A stretch of 64,000 nt of DNA from NCBI RefSeq assembly GCF_040219635.1, contig NZ_JAVJSC010000003.1, positions 548,120 through 612,119 on the forward strand, given 5' to 3'. The notes under the pieces were generated by a model. It had not been told where the DNA came from. It saw only the letters and a program-made list of their open reading frames with translations, and ran no database searches. The position numbers and the translations under genes were made by a program. The first letter of the stretch is position 1; every line of letters starts with the position of its first letter. This DNA comes from Pyruvatibacter sp. Lineage in GTDB: Bacteria > Pseudomonadota > Alphaproteobacteria > CGMCC-115125. Shown piece by piece: positions 8,447 through 19,052 of the stretch.

Positions 8447-8895
8447 GCCGTAGTCCGGGGCGGCAGCCCCGGCACCCCAAACAGCGCAAGCTGCAAACTC
8501 GCGGCAATTCGCTCCGCGCGCTCCATGAAGTAGGCAACGGTCTGCGCTGAAGGCGAGATGTCTTCAAGCGTTTGGCGAAACAGCCCCAGCCAAATGGCAA
8601 AATGCGCGCGCTCGATTTGCGGGTGCTTCATGTGCGCAGGCACGGGCTTACCGGAATAGCGACCGGCATTGAGCGCCACCGACGCCCAGAAATCCTTCAT
8701 GGTCGCCAGATGCGGTGCCCACGTATCGCCAATGGCGTTTTCAAAGATAGGCCCCAGCGTCGCATCGGCACGGATACGTCCGTAAAACGTCTCAACCAAT
8801 TCATCGATAAACGCATCATCAATGCCAAGTTCGGCAGCGTTCGCCTGAATGTCCGCGCGACGCTCCTGCGCTGTTCTCAGCCGTGTATTTGTCAT
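8443..8895 (-). CDS. group III truncated haemoglobin-like globin
   Basis: FIDELVETFYGRIRADATLGPIF...MKDFWASVAL...YSGKPVPAHM...HFAIWLGLF pattern. Internal ATG at 8895 preferred over the track start at 8973. Confidence 0.65.
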   Translation of the reverse strand: MTNTRLRTAQERRADIQANAAELGIDDAFIDELVETFYGRIRADATLGPIFENAIGDTWAPHLATMKDFWASVALNAGRYSGKPVPAHMKHPQIERAHFAIWLGLFRQTLEDISPSAQTVAYFMERAERIAASLQLALFGVPGLPPRTTA

Positions 8896-8983
8896 GTCTG
8901 TTACTGCTGCGTGCCGGATAATCTGGTCAATCGGCATATGTGGGCATCTTGGCAAATATCCGACCGCTGCCATACTACGCCTT

Positions 8984-10447
8984 ATGACCTATGATCCAAA
9001 CCTTGCTTCGCTAAACGCTCATCGGGTTCCCAAATGGTATGACGATGCAAAGTTCGGCATCTTCATTCACTGGGGCATGTGGGCCATTCCAGGCTTTGCC
9101 GGATCAAGCGGCAGCATCGGCGATATCTTTCGCGATCACTACGACAAAGCCGTGGCCATGACGCCGTACACGGAGTGGTACGAAAACGCAATCAAAGTCC
9201 CCGGCACACCATCCGCCCGGTTTCATGCAGAGACCTATGACAACCGGCCTTACGCAGACTTTCGCGATCCGTTTCTTGAAACCGTTGAGCAATGGAATCC
9301 CGACGCCTGGGCAGACCAGTTTGCCCGCGCAGGCGCCCGATATGTAGTGCTAGTTACAAAACACCACGACGGGTTTTGCCTGTGGCCATCGAATGTAAGA
9401 AACCCGAAGCGCGACAACTGGTTTTCAAAACGCGACATTGTGGGCGAGCTGGGCGAGGCCGTGCGGGCGCGCGGTATGCGCTATGGGTTGTATTACTCAG
9501 GCGGCATCGACTGGACCTTCAACCCCAAACCGCTGCGCACTCTGGGGGACTTCATCGCCTCCGTGCCGCGCGGAAAATACCCCGCCTATGCCGTGGCGCA
9601 GATGCGCGAACTCATAGACCGCTATGAGCCGTCCATTCTGTGGAATGACATTTCGTGGCCAACACCGCTCAAGCCGCAGATGCAGCTTTTTGCCGACTAC
9701 TACAACGAGATTGCCGATGGCGTTGTGAATGATCGCTGGATGCCCGTCTCATGGAAATCAAACCTTATGCGGCTGCCTCCAGTGCGGCGCAGTTTTGACC
9801 GCGCAGTGCGCAAGCGCATGATGTCGGATGCACCGCAAAAAGGCATTACGCCGCCCAAGCCGCCCCACTATGATTTTCGCACACCCGAATACGCAACCTT
9901 TGACGACATTTCGCCGGGCAAGTGGGAAGCCACACGCGGCATGAGCCATTCCTTCGGCTTCAACCGCAATGATACGGACGCAGACTATCTGACGACGGCA
10001 GAAATCGTGCATGGGTTTGCAGATGCCGTATCAAAGAACGGCAACCTGCTGCTCAATGTCGGCCCGCGTGGCGACGACGGGACGATTCCGCCGGAGCAGA
10101 CCAAACGCCTTGATGCATTCGGTGCCTGGATCAACCGCAACGCAGATGCAGTCTATGGCACACGACCGTGGGGCAAAGCACACGGCGCGGCGGTGACGGA
10201 AAGTGAAACCATAGAGCTTCGCTTTACCTGCACCGACAGCACGCTGTTTGCCCACGCGCTTTCAGCAACCCGGCCTGAGCGCGTGCGCATTGCTGACATT
10301 GCCGTGGCCGAAACAGCCCGCATCGAGCTGTTGGGCCATGGCGCCGTCGCGTGGAGCAGCGAAGCAGGCGGTATTGCATTGACCCTGCCGCCCAAGACCG
10401 ACGCGGACCCCGCGTGGGCACTGGCGATCACGCCCAAACCCGCATAG
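8984..10447 (+). CDS. alpha-L-fucosidase (GH29)
   Basis: KFGIFIHWGMWAIPGF, YVVLVTKHHDGFCLWPS and GNLLLNVGP blocks. ATG at 8984 (MTYDPN...); the track ORF has a spurious upstream extension overlapping the globin gene. Confidence 0.85.
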   Translation: MTYDPNLASLNAHRVPKWYDDAKFGIFIHWGMWAIPGFAGSSGSIGDIFRDHYDKAVAMTPYTEWYENAIKVPGTPSARFHAETYDNRPYADFRDPFLETVEQWNPDAWADQFARAGARYVVLVTKHHDGFCLWPSNVRNPKRDNWFSKRDIVGELGEAVRARGMRYGLYYSGGIDWTFNPKPLRTLGDFIASVPRGKYPAYAVAQMRELIDRYEPSILWNDISWPTPLKPQMQLFADYYNEIADGVVNDRWMPVSWKSNLMRLPPVRRSFDRAVRKRMMSDAPQKGITPPKPPHYDFRTPEYATFDDISPGKWEATRGMSHSFGFNRNDTDADYLTTAEIVHGFADAVSKNGNLLLNVGPRGDDGTIPPEQTKRLDAFGAWINRNADAVYGTRPWGKAHGAAVTESETIELRFTCTDSTLFAHALSATRPERVRIADIAVAETARIELLGHGAVAWSSEAGGIALTLPPKTDADPAWALAITPKPA

Positions 10448-10461
10448 GTCGCGCGCAACCG

Positions 10462-11307
10462 CTAAGCAGTGGCCGATACAATCCAGACGCCTGCACCAAG
10501 CATCACCTGTCCATCTGTGATTTTTGCTGTCATGGCATCTGTCAGATCTGACATCACGGCGGCTTTTTCAGCGTCGGTCTTGTCCATCATCACCCGCGAG
10601 ATAGGTCCGCGCAGCATCAGGCTTTCAGCCGCGGCCTGTGCGGAGCTTCCCTGATTGAGCTTGGCCGCAAACGGCTCCGCGCTGGCGTTGGACCATCCGG
10701 CATCCCCCAGAATGCCGAGCGTTCGCTCAATATCGGCAAACGCAAACGGCCCCGGCGCATGCGGGTCCGGGGGCGGCGGAAACGCCACATGCTTCTTGGC
10801 AATACCCAGGCCGATATGCACCCACTCGTTCTCACGCACCGGTTGCCAGCAGACAAACACCATCCGCCCGCCCGGCTTTGTGTGCGCATGAATGTTTTTG
10901 AAGGCCGCGACTGGCTGCTCAAAGAACATCACCCCAAAGCGCGAGATCACAAGATCGGCGGCATCTCCCAGCGTATCCGTCTGGGCATCCCCAAGCGCAA
11001 ACGTTGCGTGAGCCGCCCTTGCGTCTTTGGCGCGCGTGCGGGCCAGCTCCAGCATCGGTTGCGAAATATCAACGCCATGTACAGCACCCGCCGCGCCAAC
11101 AGCACTGGCAGCCCGAAGGGACGTATCGCCGGTGCCGCAGCCGATATCAAGCACGCGTTGACCATCAGCAGGCGCTGCATGAACCATCAACTGCTCAGTG
11201 AACGGAGCAAGAAACCGATCCATCTCTTCCTGTCCCGAAACCCAGCTTGACCCGCCCTGTCCGTTCCAGAACTCTTTTTGATCCTGATTGATGTCAGCGT
11301 CCGTCAT
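10462..11307 (-). CDS. class I SAM-dependent methyltransferase
   Basis: Motif I VLDIGCGTGD, followed by an acidic residue after beta-2 (HGVDIS). Confidence 0.8.
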   Translation of the reverse strand: MTDADINQDQKEFWNGQGGSSWVSGQEEMDRFLAPFTEQLMVHAAPADGQRVLDIGCGTGDTSLRAASAVGAAGAVHGVDISQPMLELARTRAKDARAAHATFALGDAQTDTLGDAADLVISRFGVMFFEQPVAAFKNIHAHTKPGGRMVFVCWQPVRENEWVHIGLGIAKKHVAFPPPPDPHAPGPFAFADIERTLGILGDAGWSNASAEPFAAKLNQGSSAQAAAESLMLRGPISRVMMDKTDAEKAAVMSDLTDAMTAKITDGQVMLGAGVWIVSATA

Positions 11308-12093
11308 CTAGCGGCCCCCCTGACCATCATCAACCGTGATAACGGTGCCGGTTACAGCCTCCGATGACGGCGACACGAGAAACAGCAGCGTTGAATCCAT
11401 CTGCTCTGCGGTGCAGATACGCTTGCGCGGAAAATGCTTTGAGAAATCGCCCATGCGTTCCAGCATTCCCTCCAGCATCTCGGTCATGAAGGCACCGGGC
11501 GCAATGCCGTTGACGTTGATGTTGTAGCGCGCCCACTCAACAGCCAGCGCCTCCGACATCCGCGCGATGGCGCGCTTGGTGATCGAGTACAGCGCCGCCC
11601 CGTTGCCGTCATAACGGTATGCCGCCACGGAGGCGATATTGACGATGCGTCCGGGCTTCTCGGCGGCGATCAGCCGCCTGGCAACTTCCGCCGCCAGAAT
11701 GTATGGCCCGCGCAGATTGGTATCGATCACCCGGTCGATCAGCTCAACTTCCATCTTGTGTGCACGCTGCGCATCCGGGACGCCGGCATTGTTGATGAGA
11801 ATATCAATCGTGCCGAACTGCGCTTCAGCCTCCGCCACCACCTGTTTGATATTGTCCGCATCCGTCATATCCAGCGGCAGGGCAATGGCCGTACCGCCCA
11901 TGCCTTCAATCTGCTTCCTGACTTCTTCCAGACGCTCCACCCGCCGCCCGGTCAGCACCACCTTCGCGCCCGACTGCGCCAGCACATGGGCAAAGCGTTT
12001 TCCAAGACCGGATGTTGTGCCTGTCACCAGCGCCACACGGCCTGAAAGATCGGCTGAAAAACGGGGGGCTTCAATTGTGTCGGCCATCGTCAC
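11308..12093 (-). CDS. SDR-family oxidoreductase
   Basis: TGTTSGLGKRFA (TGxxxGxG), NNAG, and YSITKRA (YxxxK). Confidence 0.9.
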   Translation of the reverse strand: MTMADTIEAPRFSADLSGRVALVTGTTSGLGKRFAHVLAQSGAKVVLTGRRVERLEEVRKQIEGMGGTAIALPLDMTDADNIKQVVAEAEAQFGTIDILINNAGVPDAQRAHKMEVELIDRVIDTNLRGPYILAAEVARRLIAAEKPGRIVNIASVAAYRYDGNGAALYSITKRAIARMSEALAVEWARYNINVNGIAPGAFMTEMLEGMLERMGDFSKHFPRKRICTAEQMDSTLLFLVSPSSEAVTGTVITVDDGQGGR

Positions 12094-12214
12094 TCTCCTG
12101 AATCGTTTTATGTAATTTTTTCATCCTATCCATACCCACCCGCCCTGAAAGCAGCAAACCGTGATCCCGGCCGGATGTGAAAACGACGACGCAGATATCT
12201 TCCCGGACATTTTT

Positions 12215-13213
12215 ATGTCAGAAAAGAAGGGACATATGGCAAATGCGACAGTTGCGGAGCCGACCACTGGTGCGGTGCAATATATATCAGCTAATGTAGG
12301 CCCTATATCATCTTCGATCGGTGATTTACCGCACACAAACGAGAACATCATGCTGCCGGAATTGAAGCCCCACAGCGACGCCATGGCCACAACAGCCCAT
12401 GCCATGGTCGGCGGTGTGGTCTGGCAGACCATCGCTCTGTCACTGGGGTCCGCGGCGGCCATCGGGACCGTCATGACTCTGGGCGCGCTTGGCATGATGC
12501 CGCTATGGGCGGTGGCAATTGTGGTCTATGGCAGCGTCTATCTCAGCTACACGGCGCTGCATGAATCCGTGCACCAGAACATTTCCGGTGACCGCAAGGA
12601 CATGGTGTGGATCAACCGCGCGATCGGCACATTGTCATCGTTCTTTCTGTCGCACTCCTATGAGATGCACCGCACCATTCACCTGACCCACCACCGCAAC
12701 ACCAACGACCCAGAACACGATCCGGACCATTGGGTGAAGGGCTCAAACGGTCTGATGACGATGCTCCGTAGTCTGACGATATTTCATGGCTACTTCCTGT
12801 ATTGCGCCCGCCATTGGGACGACAAGAGAATGCGCCGTGCCTACTGGGTCGGTCTGCGTGACACCCTGATTTCCACGCTCGCATTGGTGCTGGTCGCTGT
12901 TTTTGTGGACTGGAAGCTGGCGCTGTTTGGCTACGCCGCGCCTGCAGCCCTCGCCGCCATGACGCTGGGCCTGCTGTTTGATTATTTTGTACACACGCCG
13001 CACAAGGCGCGCGCCCGGTTTGAGAACACCCGCGTGTTCGTGTTTCCCGGCTGGCTGGATACGCTGGTGACATGGGCCTATGTGCAGCAGAACTACCACG
13101 GCGTGCACCACGCCTTCCCGCGCATTCCGTTCACGAGATACCGTGCGTTCTTCCGCGCCACTGACGCGGACATGGTGAGCGCTGGCATGCCGGTCGCACG
13201 CCCGCTGGGGTAA
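12215..13213 (+). CDS. membrane fatty-acid desaturase family, paralogue of 7556-8446
   Basis: His boxes HESVHQN, HLTHHRNTNDPEHDPD and HGVHHAF. Start uncertain (ATG at 12215 or 12236; the track starts at 12161). Confidence 0.75.
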   Translation: MSEKKGHMANATVAEPTTGAVQYISANVGPISSSIGDLPHTNENIMLPELKPHSDAMATTAHAMVGGVVWQTIALSLGSAAAIGTVMTLGALGMMPLWAVAIVVYGSVYLSYTALHESVHQNISGDRKDMVWINRAIGTLSSFFLSHSYEMHRTIHLTHHRNTNDPEHDPDHWVKGSNGLMTMLRSLTIFHGYFLYCARHWDDKRMRRAYWVGLRDTLISTLALVLVAVFVDWKLALFGYAAPAALAAMTLGLLFDYFVHTPHKARARFENTRVFVFPGWLDTLVTWAYVQQNYHGVHHAFPRIPFTRYRAFFRATDADMVSAGMPVARPLG

Positions 13214-13225
13214 GCCCCCGGCGCG

Positions 13226-14830
13226 TCAGGTGGCAGACATCTTGCGTCGCGCCTTTGACGACGCGCTTGATGACCCGCTTGCGGGGGCGGATTTCTTACC
13301 GCGCGGACTGCGCGGCGCGGTTCTGGTCATTCTGCCGCGCGAACTTGACCGTGCGCTGCGTTCAGCGGTGCTGCCTGCTGCATTTGCGGCCAGTTCAATT
13401 TCCAGCGCATCATATTCAACAAGAATGCGGTCAAGTGTCCGGCTGATCTTTGTGCAAACCCTGATCATCTCGATCTTCGGCCAGGTTGCCCGCTCGCCTT
13501 CTTCGACGAACGACATGATCTCGTCCTGCGTCGGTTGCGACAACAGCTTACGCGGATCAAAAATACGGGCCGTCGGAATGATATTGATGTCGCCGGTATA
13601 GGTCTGCGTCGCGACGGACGAAAACATCGACAACACAAAGTTCACCCGCGGCATGTCGCGCGTGAACATCTGCGTCATCGACACACCGCTGCGCACAAGC
13701 TCCTTGGCAAGCTTGCCCGCCTGCTGGGTAATCAGCGCAACAATCCCGGTGTCTGTCTTGGGATCCCTGATCCACGGAATGACCAGCGGGTTCACCATCG
13801 ACACAATAAAGTGGTTCACGCCGTAAAGCCGCATCAATCGCTTGGCCGGCAGATCGTCATGCACCGACCCGTCAACCCATTTACGCGTCGGCAGATAGGG
13901 CTGCCTGTCACCCCGAACGGTCTTGGCTTCCAGCATGACCGGCGGAAAAACACCCGGTACCGCGCTGGAGGCCAAAACAGCCTTGCGGACATAAACGTTC
14001 GGCGATGTGATGGCATTGAGCAGCCGCGAGGTCTGGTGCATTTCGGCAGGCGCAATGGAGACATTGATGTGCCGCCCGGTCTTCTCAAACGCTTCCTGAA
14101 ACGTCAGATCCGGGATCAGCCGCGCAATCATCTCTTCGACTTCATGAATATCAAGTTGTGCGTGCTTGCCCCACAACGCGCGATCAAACCACTTGGCCTC
14201 GCGCCGCGCCTCAAGCGCAAGTGCGGGGTCCGCCACCAGCCGCGCCAACTGTTCATCGCTGTTTGACCCAAGCACCGCAGCAACAATGGAGCCGGCGCTG
14301 GAGCCGGACACAACCGTCGGCAACAGATCATGCTCAATCAGCGCCTTGACCACGCCCATGTGGTAGTTGCCAAGAATACCGCCGCCCGACAGCATCAGTG
14401 CCGTGCGACCATAACAATGACTGGCGCGGCGGAAAAAATCGACCTTCTCCTCAAACGAGATTTCATCCGTATCAAGAGCAGCAAGGTGCTCAATTGCTGA
14501 CGCAATCTCGTCCACGTAGTCGCAGATCAGCTTCTTGGTGCCAAACTTCGCGCGTTTATACAGCATGGGTTTTCCCATGCCGCCCATGTTTCCGTGGATG
14601 CCTTCGTTGAGCGCAAACAACAGGCCCACATTGTCATGACGCGCGCGCAGCTCGCGCAGCCTGTCAAGCCGCGACCTGATTTCCACATGGTCATAGAGGC
14701 GCGATTGATCCATGCGCTTCCACCGGTCCATACCGGTCTTGGCATCATGGTCCATCGCCGCCTGCGACCACTCGGCGTAGCTGTCTGCCATCGCGATGGC
14801 GTCTTCGAGTTTTTTAAGGCCGTTGAACAT
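13226..14830 (-). CDS. patatin-like phospholipase (DUF3336-patatin type)
   Basis: Oxyanion LSGGGILGNYHMG, nucleophile elbow GSSAGS, catalytic DGS. Basic Ser/Arg-rich C-terminal tail. Confidence 0.85.
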   Translation of the reverse strand: MFNGLKKLEDAIAMADSYAEWSQAAMDHDAKTGMDRWKRMDQSRLYDHVEIRSRLDRLRELRARHDNVGLLFALNEGIHGNMGGMGKPMLYKRAKFGTKKLICDYVDEIASAIEHLAALDTDEISFEEKVDFFRRASHCYGRTALMLSGGGILGNYHMGVVKALIEHDLLPTVVSGSSAGSIVAAVLGSNSDEQLARLVADPALALEARREAKWFDRALWGKHAQLDIHEVEEMIARLIPDLTFQEAFEKTGRHINVSIAPAEMHQTSRLLNAITSPNVYVRKAVLASSAVPGVFPPVMLEAKTVRGDRQPYLPTRKWVDGSVHDDLPAKRLMRLYGVNHFIVSMVNPLVIPWIRDPKTDTGIVALITQQAGKLAKELVRSGVSMTQMFTRDMPRVNFVLSMFSSVATQTYTGDINIIPTARIFDPRKLLSQPTQDEIMSFVEEGERATWPKIEMIRVCTKISRTLDRILVEYDALEIELAANAAGSTAERSARSSSRGRMTRTAPRSPRGKKSAPASGSSSASSKARRKMSAT

Positions 14831-14945
14831 TTAGCGCTGTCCCCTGCGTTGTTCAGCGCGAAGTATAGCACTTTGGCAGCATCATTTCGCGCCTGCGAAA
14901 CAGCCGCGACCATTGAACCCGGAAAAGAATAAAAACCAAACAAAA

Positions 14946-15731
14946 TCAGTTGGTTAGAAACTCACGCCCCAACCAGTCATTGATGGTTTCAGCGCTTTGT
15001 TCCCACGCCGGGTCCACCATCAGGTTATGAGCGCCGGGCACAACCGTAAGGGGTGCCGCGAAAGTTCTCGCCAGCCACTCATGGTCGGCCATCGGGATGG
15101 ACCAGTCATCACGTCCGGCCACGACAAGCACCGGGCGGGTATCAAGATCGGGCGTCGCCGGAGGCGAACGCTTGAAGGTTTCAGCAATGGCACGCGGAGA
15201 TTCGCTGCATAATTCGGATATGTATTTTGCCCTCAGGGTCGGGTCCAGATCATCCCCATAGAAAAACGAAACAAAGGCCGGCATACCCGCCTGCATGTTT
15301 CCGAAAATCTGTGCACGGATGAGCGCGATCGGGTGTTGACGCAACATCCGCCAGGCAACGCCAAGAGACGCACGCAGGGGAGATGAAGCAAGCAGAACCG
15401 CCCCCACAACATTCCTGTTGGATGCCCGCACCATCTGCGCCAGAACCCCGCCCATGGAATGGCCGATGAGCACAACCGGCCCGCCGATGCGCGCCATGGC
15501 GGATTCAACATCCTGCGCAAAGTCATCAAGGCCCGGCTTGTCAACCGCCAGGTCGCCGGGACTGGCACCATGCCCACGCAGGCTCACAGCATGTGCCGCC
15601 CAGCCCTCCGCTGCAAACCACGGCAAAAAATGATGATCCCAACACCGGGCATCATGAAAGCCACCGGGGATGAACAGCAGCGACGGCCGATCTGCGGACG
15701 CACATCCGCGCGATATGAGTTCGAGTGTCAT
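14946..15731 (-). CDS. alpha/beta-fold hydrolase
   Basis: Nucleophile elbow GHSMGG; length and pattern are typical. Confidence 0.8.
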   Translation of the reverse strand: MTLELISRGCASADRPSLLFIPGGFHDARCWDHHFLPWFAAEGWAAHAVSLRGHGASPGDLAVDKPGLDDFAQDVESAMARIGGPVVLIGHSMGGVLAQMVRASNRNVVGAVLLASSPLRASLGVAWRMLRQHPIALIRAQIFGNMQAGMPAFVSFFYGDDLDPTLRAKYISELCSESPRAIAETFKRSPPATPDLDTRPVLVVAGRDDWSIPMADHEWLARTFAAPLTVVPGAHNLMVDPAWEQSAETINDWLGREFLTN

Positions 15732-15803
15732 GGTGTTCCCTTTGTCATGGACGCATCACGGCACGGTCACACGCATCACGCAATAACCTCAAAGGGAAGG
15801 ACG

Positions 15804-16472
15804 CTAGACCCCAAGACTCTTGTTGATGATGCGGATCGTATCCGCCCGCAGCATCCGCTTGTTGTTGCGATACGCCTCGCCGGGAAGCTGTGCGAGTTGC
15901 GCCGCGATGCCGGACGCAGCCTCAACCACCTTTTCCGCGTCCACCACCTGATCCAGATAGCCCACGCTGACCGCACCGTCGGGGTCATACATTTTTGCCT
16001 GCACGATGGCGGCCGAAAGCTGTTGCGGATCAAGCCGCGCCTTGGGCAGCTCGATACCAAAGACCGGCAGCGTCATGCCGTTGGTGGTCTCATTTGCACT
16101 AATCGCAAACTCGCCACGCGCACCAACACGCGTGTCGCACGACAATAGAAAAAACGCACCCATGGCAATCGCGTGGCCGGTGCAGGCCGCCACCACGGGA
16201 AGTTCTCCGCCGTAAAGCCGCATGGCGAACGCGCCACCGCGATTGACCAGCGCGGCCACTTCTTCGCCGGTCGCACCCCGCATGAGCTTGAGGTCAAAGC
16301 CCGCTGAAAAAAGTCCCGGCTTACCCGCCAGCACAACGGCCTTTGCTTCGGCCTCCGCCTTGTCCAGCGCCGCCTCCAGCCCTTCCAGCAGTGTAGGGTT
16401 CACGGCGTTGGCCTTGCCGTCATTCATGGTGATGACGGCAACATCGCCGTCCATGTCGAGCGTCACACTCAT
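15804..16472 (-). CDS. enoyl-CoA hydratase/isomerase (crotonase) family
   Basis: MSVTLDMDGDVAVITMNDGKANA...GLFSAGFDL... ATG at 16472 preferred; the track extension to 16559 covers the upstream terminator hairpin. Confidence 0.8.
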   Translation of the reverse strand: MSVTLDMDGDVAVITMNDGKANAVNPTLLEGLEAALDKAEAEAKAVVLAGKPGLFSAGFDLKLMRGATGEEVAALVNRGGAFAMRLYGGELPVVAACTGHAIAMGAFFLLSCDTRVGARGEFAISANETTNGMTLPVFGIELPKARLDPQQLSAAIVQAKMYDPDGAVSVGYLDQVVDAEKVVEAASGIAAQLAQLPGEAYRNNKRMLRADTIRIINKSLGV

Positions 16473-16513
16473 GCGCGCATTCCTCCTGATTTTTTCTCTT
16501 CTGCAAAACGAAT

Positions 16514-16547
16514 AAGGGGCCACGGCACAAAATGCCAGTGGCCCCTT
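16514..16547 (-). terminator. rho-independent terminator after the yghU-like gene
   Basis: AAGGGGCCAC...GTGGCCCCTT 10-bp stem (with an inner GGCA/TGCC extension), followed on the minus strand by a T-rich tract. Confidence 0.65.
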
Positions 16548-16574
16548 AGCGGTACACAACGCAAACCCGCGCGC

Positions 16575-17450
16575 TTAATCCGCGGCCGCAATCTTGTCGG
16601 CGGTCTTGGTATCAAAATCGCTGGCGTCGTGGCGCTCATGCAACTGTGATTCAGGCGCGCCAAACACGCGGTTGACCATCCGCCCGCGCTGAACGGCAGG
16701 GCGTTCGCCCACCAGATCCATCCAGCGTTTGACGTTTTTATATTCTTGCGTCTGCAAAAACTCCGCAGCGTCATAAGCGGCATTTGCCACCACAGCGCCG
16801 TACCATGGCCAGATCGCCATATCGGCAATCGTGTACTCGTCACCCGCCATATATGTGTGGTCCGCCAGATGCCGGTCCAGCACATCAAGCTGGCGTTTTA
16901 CTTCCATGGCAAAACGGTCAATCGCATATTCGATCTTGATCGGGGCGTAGGCATAAAAGTGGCCAAAGCCGCCACCCAGATAGGGCGCACTGCCCATCTG
17001 CCAGAACAGCCACGACAAACACTCGGTGCGCGCGGTGTGATCCGTCGGCAAAAACGCGCCAAACTTTTCAGCCAGATACAAAAGGATCGCCCCGGACTCA
17101 AACACCCGCGTTGGTGGCGTTGTTGAATGGTCCATCAGCGCAGGGATCTTCGAATTGGGGTTAGCCCCCACAAAGCCGCTGCTGAACTGCTGGCCTTCAC
17201 CAATGTTCACCAGCCATGCGTCATATTCAGCTCCGCTGTGACCCTTTGCCAGCAGTTCTTCAAGCATCACCGTCACTTTCACGCCATTGGGCGTACCCAG
17301 TGAGTAGAGCTGCATGGGGTGCTTGCCCACCTGCAACTCTTTATCGTGCGTGGGGCCAGCAATCGGGCGGTTTATATTGGCGAACCGCCCACCGCTTTCC
17401 TTGTCCCACGTCCACACTTTGGGTGGCACATATTCAGTTGTGTCGCTCAT
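16575..17450 (-). CDS. yghU: YghU-type glutathione S-transferase / GSH-dependent disulfide oxidoreductase
   Basis: N-terminus ...YVPPKVWTWDKESGGRFANINRPIAGPTHDKELQVGKHPMQLYSLGTPNGVKV is the characteristic Nu-class YghU signature. Confidence 0.85.
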   Translation of the reverse strand: MSDTTEYVPPKVWTWDKESGGRFANINRPIAGPTHDKELQVGKHPMQLYSLGTPNGVKVTVMLEELLAKGHSGAEYDAWLVNIGEGQQFSSGFVGANPNSKIPALMDHSTTPPTRVFESGAILLYLAEKFGAFLPTDHTARTECLSWLFWQMGSAPYLGGGFGHFYAYAPIKIEYAIDRFAMEVKRQLDVLDRHLADHTYMAGDEYTIADMAIWPWYGAVVANAAYDAAEFLQTQEYKNVKRWMDLVGERPAVQRGRMVNRVFGAPESQLHERHDASDFDTKTADKIAAAD

Positions 17451-17715
17451 GGCGCGCTCCCTGCCTGTCTTGTTCGGGTTGTATGTCTAAAGAGGGGTTG
17501 CCCCATGTGACCACGCATGTGCACAGCCGTCGAGGCAACTTTCATGACCCAAGGTGAGGGCGTGGGCCACGAATTTCAATTCACGACATTTGAGGCCACC
17601 CCGCCACCCCTTCGCAATACGCCGCTGCTGACATACTATTCGACAGGAAAGCAGGCTGAATAACAGCCTCAAAAACATGTCGCACACGCAAAACACGCGT
17701 GCGTAAGGGGGGTGA

Positions 17716-18096
17716 ATGATCTGGATTGCACGTATTGCCGTTGGCCTGGCGGGCCTGTTCTCACTGGCCATGGGGCTGCAAACCTTTTTCACCCCGGAAG
17801 CTGCCGCCGTCGCGCTTGGCCTGGGCAGCAGCCTGCCGGACCTGGGCATGAACACATTCCGCGCTGATGTCGGGGCGTTTTTCCTTGCGGCGGCAACATT
17901 TTGCATCATTGGCCTGTTTGCAGGACGGCCCGGTGCGATCTATGGCGCAGCGCTTCTCTATGGTCTGGCGCTCATCGGACGCATCCTCGGCGTGGTGATG
18001 GCGGGCGCGCCAGCAGGTGTGGAAACGCCGATTGTTGTAGAAGCGATTTTGGTGCTGCTGCTTGTGTTTGGTGCCCGCACGCTTGGCAAACGGTAG
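17716..18096 (+). CDS. hypothetical 4-TM membrane protein
   Basis: AAGGGGGG RBS before the ATG; hydrophobic throughout. No family recognised. Confidence 0.5.
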   Translation: MIWIARIAVGLAGLFSLAMGLQTFFTPEAAAVALGLGSSLPDLGMNTFRADVGAFFLAAATFCIIGLFAGRPGAIYGAALLYGLALIGRILGVVMAGAPAGVETPIVVEAILVLLLVFGARTLGKR

Positions 18097-18113
18097 AACG
18101 TAGCGCACCTGTA

Positions 18114-19052
18114 ATGTCCAGCTTCACACACCCGGAAGATGTCCTGCGGTTTCTGACCGACACGGCCACCGCCGGGCGCTCCGGTGCGCTGGTCGCCATC
18201 ACTGAAACCGTTGGCGGCGGACTGCGGGCACCCGGCGCCCTGATGGCCGTGGACGAAGCAGGACGGTTCGCGGGCTACATGTCAAACGGGTGTGTCGATG
18301 CTGATGTCATTCTCAATGCGCGGGAGGCCATCCGCGATGGCAAACCCAGGAACCTGACATACGGCGCAGGGTCCCCATTTTTGGATATCCGCCTGCCCTG
18401 CGGTGGCCGTCTGAGCATGATCGTTGTTCCAATGCCTGATACGCAGGTCATCAGCACCGCCTGTGCACAGCTTGAGAGCCGCACCGGGCTTGGCCTGAAA
18501 ATTGCCGAAACCGGCATTTCTCTTGCTACGCACATGCCTGACAAAACCGCATGGGATGGTGATCTCCTGACAATGCGCGTGGTGCCCAAACTGCATTTGC
18601 GCATTGCCGGGCGCGGCGAGGAACTTCTGGCCCTTGGACGGCTGGCGGCAGCCGCCGACTTCGCCGTCACGGTTCAATCCCCGGACGACATAACCCTCAG
18701 TCGCGCGAAAGAGGCCGGGCTCGCACATCAACGCCTGACAACACCACACTCCCTGCCCGCCCTGCAGGACGATGAATGGACAGCCTTCATTTTGATGTTC
18801 CACGATCAGGACTGGGAGGTGCCGTTGGTGCGCCAAACCCTGAACGGGCCTGCATTCTGGCTGGGGGCTGTTGGCAGCCGCCGCACCCACCAGGTGCGTT
18901 GCGAGGCGCTGCGTGAGGCGGGCGTATCGACAGACGGCATTCGTCGCCTGAACGGGCCCATCGGCCTCATTCCGCGCACCCGTGACGCTTCCATGCTGGC
19001 CGTCTCAACACTGGCCGAAATTGCAGGCAGCTACAAAGACCTCAATACATGA
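18114..19052 (+). CDS. XdhC-family molybdoenzyme maturation protein
   Basis: ...ALVAITETVGGGLRAPGALMAV... N-terminal domain and C-terminal Rossmann-like IAGRGEE. ATG at 18114 (the track ORF from 17901 overlaps the preceding gene). Confidence 0.75.
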   Translation: MSSFTHPEDVLRFLTDTATAGRSGALVAITETVGGGLRAPGALMAVDEAGRFAGYMSNGCVDADVILNAREAIRDGKPRNLTYGAGSPFLDIRLPCGGRLSMIVVPMPDTQVISTACAQLESRTGLGLKIAETGISLATHMPDKTAWDGDLLTMRVVPKLHLRIAGRGEELLALGRLAAAADFAVTVQSPDDITLSRAKEAGLAHQRLTTPHSLPALQDDEWTAFILMFHDQDWEVPLVRQTLNGPAFWLGAVGSRRTHQVRCEALREAGVSTDGIRRLNGPIGLIPRTRDASMLAVSTLAEIAGSYKDLNT